A DNA stretch of 64,000 bases from assembly GCA_016741995.1 (NCBI GenBank), contig JACVCO010000018.1, positions 22,562-86,561 on the forward strand. The letters are read 5' to 3'. Below, in pieces: positions 1-8,673 of the stretch. How positions within the stretch are numbered: the stretch's first letter is position 1; each line of letters begins with the position of its first letter. The position numbers were made by a program, and so were the translations under genes. This DNA is from Hydrogenophaga sp. (GTDB lineage Bacteria > Pseudomonadota > Gammaproteobacteria > Burkholderiales > Burkholderiaceae_C). The notes beneath the pieces are model-generated. The model worked only from the letters and a program-made list of their open reading frames with translations. It was not told the DNA's origin and made no database searches.

Positions 1-94
1 GCAACCAGTCGGGCCAGCGCGTGACGTCGGCGATGACCGGCCAGATGCGGTCGGGCTTCGCGGCGATGCGCACCGAAGCGGCGTACCTGTTCAT
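1..94 (-). CDS. SRPBCC/polyketide cyclase-like family protein, N-terminal part (runs off window)
   Basis: Manual translation from ATG at 94: MNRYAASVRIAAKPDRIWPVIADVTRWPDWL, matching the SRPBCC N-terminal pattern (I.A.p..vW..l.D...wP.W). Not in the ORF track. Confidence 0.7.
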   Translation of the reverse strand, partial: MNRYAASVRIAAKPDRIWPVIADVTRWPDWL

Positions 95-126
95 GGCTTG
101 ACGATAGCCGGGAACGGCCCCCGCGT

Positions 127-684
127 TCAACCCGCCGTCAACCGGTGCACCAGGTCCGGCGTGCTGTGCGCGCCGTACTTGCGCATCAAACGCGCGCGGT
201 GCACCTCCACCGTGCGGTGGCTGATGGCCAGCAGTTTGCCGACCTGCTTGCTGGTGAGCCCGTCCATGATCAGCGCCGCGACCTCGCGTTCGCGCGCCGT
301 GAGTTCGGCGCGCACCGGCCGTGTCGAGCTCAGGTCCTCGAAGCTCCAGATGCCGGCCGCGTGCGGCTGGCTGCGGTCCACCGCACGGCCGGTCACGTGG
401 CACCAGAAGGTCTCGCCCGCCTGCCGGCCACCCACGCGCTTCATGATGCGGTTGTCCGCGTAGGTGCCGCTGCGCCCCAGCAGCGGCGTCATGCGCGCGC
501 CCAGGCGTTCGTACTCGTCGGCGCTGGGGTAGAGGATCTGGAAGCTCTGGCCCACGAGCTGCTCGCGCGTGGCACCGAACATCTCGCACAGAGCCTGGTT
601 GCAATCGACCATGAAGCGCTCGCGCGACAGCGCCAGCCCCACGGGCGCCAGGTCGAAGGCGAGGCGGTAGTCGATGTCCATCAT
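127..684 (-). CDS. PAS domain + LuxR-type HTH transcriptional regulator
   Basis: N-terminal PAS-like region (AFDLAPVGL...NQALCEMFG) and C-terminal LuxR HTH (LTAREREV...GLTSKQVG..L.IS.RTVEVHRARLMRK). Divergent from scoAB. Confidence 0.9.
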   Translation of the reverse strand: MMDIDYRLAFDLAPVGLALSRERFMVDCNQALCEMFGATREQLVGQSFQILYPSADEYERLGARMTPLLGRSGTYADNRIMKRVGGRQAGETFWCHVTGRAVDRSQPHAAGIWSFEDLSSTRPVRAELTAREREVAALIMDGLTSKQVGKLLAISHRTVEVHRARLMRKYGAHSTPDLVHRLTAG

Positions 685-693
685 GGTTGCCCT

Positions 694-723
694 TTACGAA
701 GTTCTACGTAGTCCGCTACGTAG
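694..723. promoter_or_regulatory. Repeated (C/T)TACG(T/A)AG boxes in the divergent regulator/scoAB promoter
   Basis: TTACGAAG 694-701, CTACGTAG 704-711 and CTACGTAG 716-723; the last two are perfect palindromes, spaced about one helical turn. Confidence 0.5.
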
Positions 724-767
724 TATCGTTGCGGCTTCCCCAAGCACGATCCCCGGAGGCAAACCCC

Positions 768-1475
768 GTGAACAAGATCTACCCCAGCGCGGCCGCCGCG
801 CTCCAGGGCGTGGTCGCCGATGGCCAGCTCATGGCCGTGGGCGGTTTCGGCCTGTGCGGCATTCCCGAAGCGCTCATTGACGCGCTGCGCGACAGCGGCA
901 CGAAGAACCTCACCGTCATCTCCAACAACGCGGGCGTGGACGGCTTCGGCCTGGGCAAGCTGCTCGACACGCGCCAGATCAAGAAGATGATCAGCAGCTA
1001 CGTGGGCGAGAACAAGGAGTTCGAGCGCCAGTACCTGGCCGGTGAACTCGAGCTCGAGTTCACGCCGCAGGGCACGCTGGCCGAGAAGCTGCGCGCCGGC
1101 GGCGCGGGCATTCCGGCCTTCTTCACCAAGACGGGCGTGGGCACCATCGTGGCCGATGGCAAGGAACTGCGCGAGTTCGACGGCGAGACCTACGTGATGG
1201 AGCGTTCGCTGGTGCCCGCGGTGTCGCTGGTGAAGGCGCACCGCGCCGACAAGAGCGGCAACCTGCAGTTCCGCTACACCGCGCGCAACTTCAACCCGGC
1301 CGTGGCGATGGCGGGCAAGGTCTGCATCGTGGAGGTCGAGGAGATCGTCGAGACCGGCGAACTCCACCCCGACCAGGTGCACCTGCCGGGCATCTACGTG
1401 CACCGCCTGGTGCTCAACGCCACGCCCGAGAAGCGCATCGAGAAGCGCACGATCACCGAAAAGGCAGGAGTCTGA
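768..1475 (+). CDS. scoA: Succinyl-CoA:3-oxoacid CoA-transferase subunit A
   Basis: [29 protein letters not shown] motifs of family I CoA-transferase alpha subunit. GTG start at 768 after GGAGG. Confidence 0.9.
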   Translation: MNKIYPSAAAALQGVVADGQLMAVGGFGLCGIPEALIDALRDSGTKNLTVISNNAGVDGFGLGKLLDTRQIKKMISSYVGENKEFERQYLAGELELEFTPQGTLAEKLRAGGAGIPAFFTKTGVGTIVADGKELREFDGETYVMERSLVPAVSLVKAHRADKSGNLQFRYTARNFNPAVAMAGKVCIVEVEEIVETGELHPDQVHLPGIYVHRLVLNATPEKRIEKRTITEKAGV

Positions 1476-1477
1476 CC

Positions 1478-2113
1478 ATGCCCTGGACCCAAGACCAGAT
1501 GGCCGCGCGCGCGGCACAAGAGCTCGAGGACGGCTTCTACGTCAATCTCGGCATCGGCATCCCCACGCTGGTGGCCAACCACACCGGCAGCAAAGAGGTG
1601 TGGCTGCAGAGCGAGAACGGCATGCTGGGCATCGGCCCGTTCCCGACGGAAGACGAGGTCGATGCCGACCTCATCAACGCCGGCAAGCAGACCGTGACCA
1701 CCATCAAGGGCAGCGCGATCTTCGGCAGCCACGACAGCTTCGCCATGATTCGCGGCGGCAAGATCAACCTGTCCATCCTGGGCGCCATGCAGGTCAGCGA
1801 AAAGGGCGACCTGGCCAACTGGATGATCCCGGGCAAGATGGTCAAGGGCATGGGGGGTGCCATGGACCTCGTGGCCGGCGTCAAGCGCGTGATCGTGCTC
1901 ATGGAGCATGTCGCGAAGAAGAAGGACGGCACCGAAGACCTGAAGATCCTGGGCAAGTGCACGTTGCCGCTCACCGGCGTGGGCGTGGTGGACCGCGTCA
2001 TCACCGACCTCGGCGTGATGGACGTGACCCCGCAGGGCCTCAAGCTCGTCGAAACCGCCCCCGGCGTCACGCGCGAGTTCATCCAGTCCAAGACCGGCGT
2101 CACGCTGCTCTGA
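1478..2113 (+). CDS. scoB: Succinyl-CoA:3-oxoacid CoA-transferase subunit B
   Basis: NLGIGIP, catalytic SENG motif, GMGGAMDL. Confidence 0.9.
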   Translation: MPWTQDQMAARAAQELEDGFYVNLGIGIPTLVANHTGSKEVWLQSENGMLGIGPFPTEDEVDADLINAGKQTVTTIKGSAIFGSHDSFAMIRGGKINLSILGAMQVSEKGDLANWMIPGKMVKGMGGAMDLVAGVKRVIVLMEHVAKKKDGTEDLKILGKCTLPLTGVGVVDRVITDLGVMDVTPQGLKLVETAPGVTREFIQSKTGVTLL

Positions 2114-2145
2114 TACCCGCGGCGGGTATACTCCCGCCTGCACCC

Positions 2146-2251
2146 GTCATTGGGGAGTAGCCGCCCGGCGCACCACGCACCGGGGTTCGCGTCAACACAC
2201 TTGGCCCGCAGGCCATGGCGCGAACGACTCCAGTTTGGCAAGACCTTTGAC
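2146..2251 (+). ncRNA. yybP-ykoY (Mn2+-sensing) riboswitch aptamer
   Basis: Hallmark segments TGGGGAGTAGCC, CGTCAACACACTTG..CATGGCG and GGCAAGACC. P1 is GTCATTGG/CCTTTGAC. TATACT -10 at 2127-2132. Lies upstream of a UPF0016 Mn exporter. Confidence 0.9.
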
Positions 2252-2301
2252 CACACCGCCTCCGCACGCGCCGGGGAGGCGCTGTGGTCTTTGGTTTTTT
2301 T
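2249..2301 (+). terminator. Intrinsic terminator forming the riboswitch expression platform
   Basis: GACCAC..CGCCTCC / GGAGGCG..GTGGTC stem followed by TTTGGTTTTTTT; the 5' arm overlaps the P1 3' strand. Confidence 0.6.
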
Positions 2302-2322
2302 GCCGGCCGTTGGAGTTTTTTC

Positions 2323-2901
2323 TTGGAAGCCTTCCTCCTGTCCACGGGCATCGTCGCCCTCGCCGAAATGGGCGACAAGACGCAACTGCTCTCGCTGGTG
2401 CTGGCTGCGCGCTTCAAGCGCCCCTGGCCGATCGTCGCGGGCATCCTCGTCGCCACCTTGCTCAACCACGCGCTCGCGGGTGCGGCCGGTGCCTGGATCA
2501 TGATGACCGTGGGCCCCACGGTGATGCGCTGGGTGCTGGGCCTGTCCTTCATCGCCATGGCGGTGTGGATGCTGATCCCCGACAAGCTCGACGCCGACGA
2601 AGTGAAGCCCGGCCGCAACCTGGGTGTGTTCGCGGCCACCACCTGGGCGTTCTTCCTGGCCGAGATGGGCGACAAGACGCAGATCGCCACCATCGCCCTC
2701 GGCGCGCAGTACGAGCCCCTGTTCGCGGTGGTGATCGGCACCACGCTGGGCATGATGCTGGCCAACGCCCCTGTGGTGTTCTTCGGCGACGCCATCACCC
2801 GGCGCGTGCCCATCAAGGTGGTGCACGTGATCGCGGCACTGATCTTCGCGGTGCTGGGCGTGCTGGCGCTGCTGGGTGTGGGCGCCGCGATCGCGGGTTG
2901 A
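2323..2901 (+). CDS. TMEM165/GDT1 (UPF0016) family putative Mn2+ exporter
   Basis: Two EMGDKTQ signature motifs, hydrophobic helices, TTG start at 2323 after GGAG. Confidence 0.92.
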   Translation: MEAFLLSTGIVALAEMGDKTQLLSLVLAARFKRPWPIVAGILVATLLNHALAGAAGAWIMMTVGPTVMRWVLGLSFIAMAVWMLIPDKLDADEVKPGRNLGVFAATTWAFFLAEMGDKTQIATIALGAQYEPLFAVVIGTTLGMMLANAPVVFFGDAITRRVPIKVVHVIAALIFAVLGVLALLGVGAAIAG

Positions 2902-2946
2902 CGCACATCAGGCCCGCGCGTCGCGCGGGCCGATAGCATCGGCGCC

Positions 2947-4176
2947 ATGCTTCCACCGCATTGGCGCACCCTGCACGAGGTCGATGCCTTCGTGACGCTC
3001 ACGCTGGCCATCCTGTTGCTGTTCATCGGCAAGGGCTTGATGCGGCGGCACGGGTGGCTGCGCCGCTTCAACATCCCCGAGGCGGTGGTGGGCGGCATGC
3101 TGTGTGCGGGGGTGGTGGGCGCGCTCTACTACCTGCTCGACGTGCGCGTGAACTTCGCGCTGGGTGCGCGCGACATGCTGCTGCTGTATTTCTTCGCCGC
3201 CATCGGCCTGGGCACCGATGTGCGCACCCTGCGCGAGGGCGGCAAGCCGCTCGTGGTGCTGCTGGCCCTGGCCAGCGGCTTCATGCTGTTGCAGAACGGG
3301 CTGGGCATGGGGGTGGCGGCCGCCTTCGGCATGGACCCGCGTGCCGGGCTCATGGCCGGCTCCATCTCGCTCACCGGCGGCGTGGGCACCACGCTGGCGT
3401 GGATGCCGCACTTCACCGAAACGCTGGGCATCGCCGAAGCGGGGGAACTGGGCCTGGCGGCCAACATGGTGGGCATGGTGGCCGCGTGCCTGATCGGTGG
3501 CCCGATGGCCGCCTGGCTCATGAAGCGCCATCGCATCGCGCCATCGGGCGCGGCCGACGTGGAGGTGGGCATGCGTTACCAGGACGAGCCCGGCGCGCGG
3601 CTCGACTACCAGGGCGTGCTCATGGCGCTGCTCTGGCTCAACCTGGCGCTGATGCTGGGCAACGGCATCAACGCGCTGGCGGAACTGGCCGGCCTGAAGC
3701 TGCCGGGCTTCGTGGGCTGCCTCATGGCCGGCATCGCGCTGCGGGGCCTGGGCCAATGGCTGTCGCCGAACGGCGAGCGCTTCTGGGACTGGCGCAGCAT
3801 GCGCCTGGGCGTGGCGCTCATCGGCGATGTGTGCCTGGGCCTGTTCCTCACCATGGCCCTCATGGGCTTGCAGTTGTGGGTGCTCGAACCCGTGCTGGTG
3901 TTCATGGCCACGGCGATGGCGCTGCAGGTGCTGCTGGCCGTGCTGTTCACCGCGTTCGTGGTGTTCCGCTGCATGGGCCGCGACTACGAGGCCGCGGTGA
4001 TCTGCTCGGGCTTCGGTGGCATCGCCCTGGGCTCGACCGCCACCGCCATCGCGAACATGAGCGCCATCGTGCGCACCTATGGCGCGGCACCGCGCGCCTT
4101 CATCGTGGTGCCGCTGGTGTGCGGCTTCTTCATCGACCTGATCAACGCGCTGGTGATCGGTGTGCTGGCGCGCTAG
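2947..4176 (+). CDS. gltS: Sodium/glutamate symporter
   Basis: IPEAVVGG, FFAAIGL, GSISLTGG.GT and G.TATAIANM, AFIVVPLV.GFFID..NA motifs. Confidence 0.88.
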   Translation: MLPPHWRTLHEVDAFVTLTLAILLLFIGKGLMRRHGWLRRFNIPEAVVGGMLCAGVVGALYYLLDVRVNFALGARDMLLLYFFAAIGLGTDVRTLREGGKPLVVLLALASGFMLLQNGLGMGVAAAFGMDPRAGLMAGSISLTGGVGTTLAWMPHFTETLGIAEAGELGLAANMVGMVAACLIGGPMAAWLMKRHRIAPSGAADVEVGMRYQDEPGARLDYQGVLMALLWLNLALMLGNGINALAELAGLKLPGFVGCLMAGIALRGLGQWLSPNGERFWDWRSMRLGVALIGDVCLGLFLTMALMGLQLWVLEPVLVFMATAMALQVLLAVLFTAFVVFRCMGRDYEAAVICSGFGGIALGSTATAIANMSAIVRTYGAAPRAFIVVPLVCGFFIDLINALVIGVLAR

Positions 4177-4189
4177 GCAAGGGCCTCAC

Positions 4190-4206
4190 TTTTCGCGGCA
4201 CGGAAA
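4190..4206. promoter_or_regulatory. Palindromic operator copy 1 (TTTTCG-CGGCA-CGGAAA), probable IclR site
   Basis: Matches three other copies at 7100, 13945 and 16434, each upstream of a cluster transcription unit. Confidence 0.7.
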
Positions 4207-4306
4207 CCTGCGCTTTTGCCTTTGTGGGCCCTGGCGGGCACTCCTACACTCGGCGCGCTGCCCCTTCGGGCACATGCACACCAACCGAGACAAGGAACGA
4301 CCCGTC

Positions 4307-5269
4307 ATGATCCAACGCCTGGGTGTCCCCCATCCGGCCATCGGCCATGTCCCTTACCTGCGCGACATGATCCTGCAGCGTTACCCGAACGCCAGGTTCA
4401 ATGAAAGCGCCAACCACCGCCTCAGCGAGGACGAACTGATCGCCTTCCTCGCCGATTGCGACGGGGCCATCATGGGCGGCGACATCATCTCCGACCGCCT
4501 GCTCACCGCGCTGCCGCAGTTGCGCAACATCGGCATCTTCGGTGTGGGCCTGAACACGGTCGATCTGGCCGCCTGCCAGCGCCACGGCGTGAAGCTCGGC
4601 CACCGCGGCGGCGTGAACAAGCTGGCCGTGGCCGAGCTCACGCTGTGCTTCATGCTGACCTCGCTGCGCTGGGTGACATCGCTGAACCTCGCCATGCGCG
4701 ACGGCCAGCGACCGCGCACCCGCATCGGCCGGAACCTCACTGGCCGCGTGGTCGGCATCCATGGCTGCGGCCACATCGGCAAAGAGGTGGTGCGCCTGCT
4801 GCAACCCTTCGGTTGCACCCTCATCGCCAACGACCAGAAGGACATGAGCGCCTTCTACCGGGAGCACGGCGTGCAGGCCGTTTCCTTCGACGAGCTGGTG
4901 GAGCGCTCCGAGGTGTTGTCGCTGCACCTGCCGCTCACGCGCGCCACCCACAACCTGTACAACGCGGCCGTGCTCGACCGGCTGCGCGACGACTGCGTGC
5001 TGATCAACACCTGCCGTGGCGGCATCGTGAACGAGGCCGCGCTGCTCGAACGCCTGGAGAGCAACCGCATCCTGGCGGCCGGCTTCGACGTGTTCGAGAT
5101 CGAACCGGCGCAGAACGACCGCCTGCTGAGCCACCCCAACCTGATCGCCACCCCGCACATCGGCGCCAGCACGCGCGACGCGCGCATCGCCATGGTGGGG
5201 GCTGCCATCGACGGCCTCACCGAAGGCAAGCTGGTGGATCCGGTGGATTACGCCGACTACATGGACTGA
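4307..5269 (+). CDS. D-isomer-specific 2-hydroxyacid dehydrogenase (SerA-like, no ACT domain)
   Basis: GIHGCGHIG Rossmann motif, NTCRG (Arg), DVFEIEP (Glu), TPHIG (His). ATG at 4307 after AAGGA. Confidence 0.88.
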   Translation: MIQRLGVPHPAIGHVPYLRDMILQRYPNARFNESANHRLSEDELIAFLADCDGAIMGGDIISDRLLTALPQLRNIGIFGVGLNTVDLAACQRHGVKLGHRGGVNKLAVAELTLCFMLTSLRWVTSLNLAMRDGQRPRTRIGRNLTGRVVGIHGCGHIGKEVVRLLQPFGCTLIANDQKDMSAFYREHGVQAVSFDELVERSEVLSLHLPLTRATHNLYNAAVLDRLRDDCVLINTCRGGIVNEAALLERLESNRILAAGFDVFEIEPAQNDRLLSHPNLIATPHIGASTRDARIAMVGAAIDGLTEGKLVDPVDYADYMD

Positions 5270-5283
5270 TCGGCGAACCCGGC

Positions 5284-6165
5284 ATGACGCAGTACCTCGA
5301 CTGGGTGAGAAACACCCGCCAGGCCACCGTGAGCGCACCGCCATCGAGCTGTGATTGCGCGGTCCACATCTACCGCCCCAAGGGCGTCGGCACCTTGTCG
5401 CCGCAGCGCCGTTACGACCCGCCCCAGGCCTCGATCGAGGAACTCGAGGCCGTGCACGCGGCCATGGGCATCGAGCGCGCGGTCATCGTGCAGGCCTCCA
5501 TCTATGGCAACGACCACACCGTGATGCTGGAAGCGCTGCGGCGTGCACCCGAGCGCTACCGCGGCATCGCCGTGATCGACGAGGGCACGAGCGACGCGCA
5601 GTTGCGCGAGCTGCACGAGGCCGGTGTGCGTGGTGCGCGTTTCAACCTGCTTGCGCGCTTTGGCACCGCTTTCGACCCGAAGGCCTTTCTGCGCAGCGTG
5701 GAGCGCGTGCAGGCCATGGGCTGGAGCGCTTCGTTGCACGCCACCGTGCCCGAGCTGAAGGAAAAGCGCGCGGTGATCGACCAGATCCGCGGCACCGTGA
5801 TCCTCGACCACGTGGCCTATTTCTTCGACCCGGCCGACGGCAACCAGCCGCAGGACCTGGATTTCCTGCGCTCCTTCACCGACCGCGGCCACTGGTGGAT
5901 CAAGATCTCGCGCATGGACCGCTACGTGCGCGCGCCCTACGACGCGGTGGTGGGCACATTGGGGCGCCTGGTGCAGGCCGCGCCGGACCGCACCGTGTGG
6001 GCGACCGACTGGCCGCATGTGCTGTACCCCGCGGACGCTGCGGTGGTACCGAACGACGCCGATCTCATCGAGCTGGTGTTCCGCTGCGTGCCCGATGCCG
6101 CGTTGCGCGAAAAGCTGCTGGTGCACAACCCGGCGCGCCTGTTCGACTTCCCTGCCGCCGGGTGA
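5284..6165 (+). CDS. Amidohydrolase_2 family protein (LigI/PDC-lactonase-like), copy A
   Basis: VQASIYGNDH, RGIAVID, LHEAGVRGARFN, WATDWPH, NPARLF. ATG at 5284. Confidence 0.85.
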   Translation: MTQYLDWVRNTRQATVSAPPSSCDCAVHIYRPKGVGTLSPQRRYDPPQASIEELEAVHAAMGIERAVIVQASIYGNDHTVMLEALRRAPERYRGIAVIDEGTSDAQLRELHEAGVRGARFNLLARFGTAFDPKAFLRSVERVQAMGWSASLHATVPELKEKRAVIDQIRGTVILDHVAYFFDPADGNQPQDLDFLRSFTDRGHWWIKISRMDRYVRAPYDAVVGTLGRLVQAAPDRTVWATDWPHVLYPADAAVVPNDADLIELVFRCVPDAALREKLLVHNPARLFDFPAAG

Positions 6166-6219
6166 CGCGGGTCCGCGCGCACACCATGTCCATCCAGCAA
6201 CCCGGGAGGCGGTGCGAAA

Positions 6220-7086
6220 ATGGCCAGCTCTATTTCCGCCATGGCCGACTCCGCCCCCGTCAAAGTTGTTCTGCGCGCCTTCGAGCTGCTGCAGGCCCTG
6301 AACCGGCAGCCCGTCTCGACGTTGGACATGCTGCACCGGCAGACGGGCATTCCCAAGCCCAGCATCGTGCGCCTGCTGCGCACCATGGAGGCCAAGGGCT
6401 TCGTGCAGCACGCGCAGCAGTACGGCGCCTACTACTTGCGGGGCGAGGTCACCACGCTCAGCAGCGGCTATCACAGCGAGCCCAAGATCGTGGAGGCCGC
6501 CGCGCCGCTGGTGGACGCGCTCACGGCCGAGATCAAGTGGCCGATCGCCGTGGCGGTGTGCGACGGCGAATCGATGGTGGTGCGCTACAGCACCATTCCG
6601 TCCTCGCCGCTGTCGTTCCTGCATTCGTCCATCAACATGCACCTGAGCCTGGTCAGCCGGTCCATCGGCCGTGCCTACCTGGCGTTCTGCGAACCCGAAG
6701 CACAGGCCGCGCTGTTGCAGGCACTGAGCCAGTCCACCCGCGAGGAGGACGCGGGCGCGCGCGACCCGCAAGCGCTGCGAGCGGTGCTCGACACGGTGCG
6801 TGCCCAGGGCTATGCCTTGCGCGATCCCACCGTGCGGCCGGTGTCTTCCACGCTGGCCATCCCGCTGTTCGAGAACGGCCGTGTCTGTGCCGCCATGGGG
6901 CTGACCTGGTTCAGTTCCGCCATGAGCGCCGATCAGGCCATCGAGCGTTACCTCGGCCCCTTGCAGGCCGTGGCCGCGCAGATCACGCAGCGTTTGCAGG
7001 CCATGGAAGCGCCTGTGCCCCAGGCGCCGCCGCGCAAGGCCCGCAAGACAGCGCGCAAGACAGCCCCCAAGCCCCCCAGGGCCTGA
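6220..7086 (+). CDS. IclR family transcriptional regulator (MhpR-like)
   Basis: N-terminal HTH (RAFELLQALN...TGIPKPSIVRLLRTM..GFV) and IclR C-terminal motifs (SIGRAYLA, VRAQGYA). Confidence 0.9.
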   Translation: MASSISAMADSAPVKVVLRAFELLQALNRQPVSTLDMLHRQTGIPKPSIVRLLRTMEAKGFVQHAQQYGAYYLRGEVTTLSSGYHSEPKIVEAAAPLVDALTAEIKWPIAVAVCDGESMVVRYSTIPSSPLSFLHSSINMHLSLVSRSIGRAYLAFCEPEAQAALLQALSQSTREEDAGARDPQALRAVLDTVRAQGYALRDPTVRPVSSTLAIPLFENGRVCAAMGLTWFSSAMSADQAIERYLGPLQAVAAQITQRLQAMEAPVPQAPPRKARKTARKTAPKPPRA

Positions 7087-7099
7087 GCGCGGGCGCCAC

Positions 7100-7116
7100 T
7101 TTCCTCGCTCCGGAAA
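7100..7116. promoter_or_regulatory. Palindromic operator copy 2 (TTTCCT-CGCTC-CGGAAA)
   Basis: Extended arms ACTTTCC/GGAAAGT; upstream of the flavin reductase-aldolase-cupin-oxidase unit. Confidence 0.7.
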
Positions 7117-7261
7117 GTTCCCAATCGCGGCTTGCCGCAACGGCCCGCGGCCCGCACGATTTCATTCCGCCGCGCGCCCGTGCGCCGCGCGGCCCCACCG
7201 CCATGCCCATGCCCCCTGTTTCCCCGGCCTTGCCCGGCCCCTGCCTGACCGGAGGTGCGCG

Positions 7262-7915
7262 ATGCACCGCTTCGTGACCATCCCCACCGAGGGCATGGAC
7301 ACGCCCACCGCGTACCGCCTGGTTTGTGGCGCGGTCGCCCCGCGCCCCGTGGCCTGGATCACCACCCTCGGGGCCGACGGCCGCGTCAATGCCGCGCCCT
7401 TCAGCTCCTACAACTACGTGGCCCACAGCCCGCCCATGCTCGCGGTCAACATCGCCAGCCGCCTGGGTGAGCTCAAGGACACGGCGCGCAACATCCGCGC
7501 CTCCGGCCGCTTCGTCGTCAACGTGGCGACGCAGGCCACCATGGAAGCCATGCACCTGAGTGCGGCCGATTACCCGCCCGATGTGAGCGAGGTCGAGGCG
7601 CTGGGCATCGAACTGCTGCCCGGTGTGGCCGGCCCGGTGCCGCGCATCGCGGCCTCACCCATCCACATGGAATGCCGGCTGGATCAGTTCATCACGCTCG
7701 GGCGGGGCCTGAACACGCTGTACATCGGCGAGGTGCTGGCCTTTCACGTGGCCGAGAGCATCTACGACGGCCAGCACATCGACACCGTGGCCATGCAGCC
7801 CATCGCGCGCCTGGGGGGGCCGTACTACGCGGCGCTGGGCGAGATCTTTCACCGCCCCGCGCTGCAACGCCCGCCGGGCGAAGGCCCGGGCGCGATCCCC
7901 GCGAAGAAGCCATGA
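7262..7915 (+). CDS. Flavin reductase-like (FMN split-barrel) protein
   Basis: PRPVAWITT, NAAPFS, KDTARNI, ECRL, ARLGG..Y motifs. Confidence 0.85.
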   Translation: MHRFVTIPTEGMDTPTAYRLVCGAVAPRPVAWITTLGADGRVNAAPFSSYNYVAHSPPMLAVNIASRLGELKDTARNIRASGRFVVNVATQATMEAMHLSAADYPPDVSEVEALGIELLPGVAGPVPRIAASPIHMECRLDQFITLGRGLNTLYIGEVLAFHVAESIYDGQHIDTVAMQPIARLGGPYYAALGEIFHRPALQRPPGEGPGAIPAKKP

Positions 7916-8649
7916 ACCCCCTTGCCCACGACCTGCAGGTCGGCACTTTCGTCAAGACCTGTGCGCCGCAGATCATCGAGATCCTCGGCCGCAGCGGGCT
8001 CGACTTCGCCGTTCTCGATGCCGAGCACGCACCCTTCGACCGCATGGCGCTGGACCTGGCCCTCATGGCCGGGCTGGCCGTGCGCTGGCCGCTGTACGTG
8101 CGCGTGAGCGACCAGCAACCCGCCACGCTGCTCAACGTGCTCGACCTCGGCGCGGCCGGTGTGCTCGTGCCGCACGTGGACAGTGCGCAGCAGGCCACCG
8201 ATGTGGTGGCGCGCACGCGCTACCTGGGCGGCGAGCGCGGCTACTCCGGCTCGCCGCGCAGCTCGGGCTACGGCGCGGTTCGCATGCGCGACGCGCTGGC
8301 CGCGGGCGCGCGCAGCTTCGTGATGTGCCAGATCGAAAGCGGCGCCGGTGTGGACGCCTGCGCGCAGATCGCCGCCGTCGATGGCGTCGATGGTGTCTTC
8401 ATCGGCCGCGCCGACCTGGCCCTGTCGATGGGCCTGGACGATTCGCAGCACCCGCAGGTGTTGCAGGCGACGCAGCACGTCATCCGCGCCGGGCTCGATG
8501 CGGGCAAGCGCGTCGGCATGTTCGTTGGCAGCCTGGCCGAACGCAGCCAGTACGTGGCGCAGGGTGTCTCGTGGTTCGTGCACGGCTCCGACCAGGCGCT
8601 GCTGCGCCAGGGCGCACAGGCCGTTGCCCGCACCGCGTCTTCGGCCTGA
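7912..8649 (+). CDS. HpcH/HpaI class II aldolase family protein
   Basis: DFAVLDAEHAP, VRV, LDLGAAGVLVPHV, QIES, DGVFIG.ADL. ATGA overlap with the upstream gene. Confidence 0.88.
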   Translation: MNPLAHDLQVGTFVKTCAPQIIEILGRSGLDFAVLDAEHAPFDRMALDLALMAGLAVRWPLYVRVSDQQPATLLNVLDLGAAGVLVPHVDSAQQATDVVARTRYLGGERGYSGSPRSSGYGAVRMRDALAAGARSFVMCQIESGAGVDACAQIAAVDGVDGVFIGRADLALSMGLDDSQHPQVLQATQHVIRAGLDAGKRVGMFVGSLAERSQYVAQGVSWFVHGSDQALLRQGAQAVARTASSA

Positions 8650-8673
8650 GCCCCGTCTCCGCAAAAGGAACCC

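Noticed and set aside
4170-4306. Possible attL (copy of the tRNA-Gly 3' end) at the left border of the cluster
   Set aside because: No TGGAGCGGG-like repeat and no integrase were seen, so no mobile element was annotated.
4456-5283. Long N-terminal extensions in the ORF track (amidohydrolase A, FAD oxidase, ApbA, SDR, ggt, gabD, Bug, ybgC, ribH) that could look like fusions
   Set aside because: They overlap upstream genes in another frame. The real starts have SD motifs or stop/start overlaps and match the family N-termini.
7042-7065. 12-bp tandem repeat CGCAAGACAGC(G/C)
   Set aside because: It encodes a disordered basic RKTA-RKTA tail of the IclR protein; no sign of separate function.
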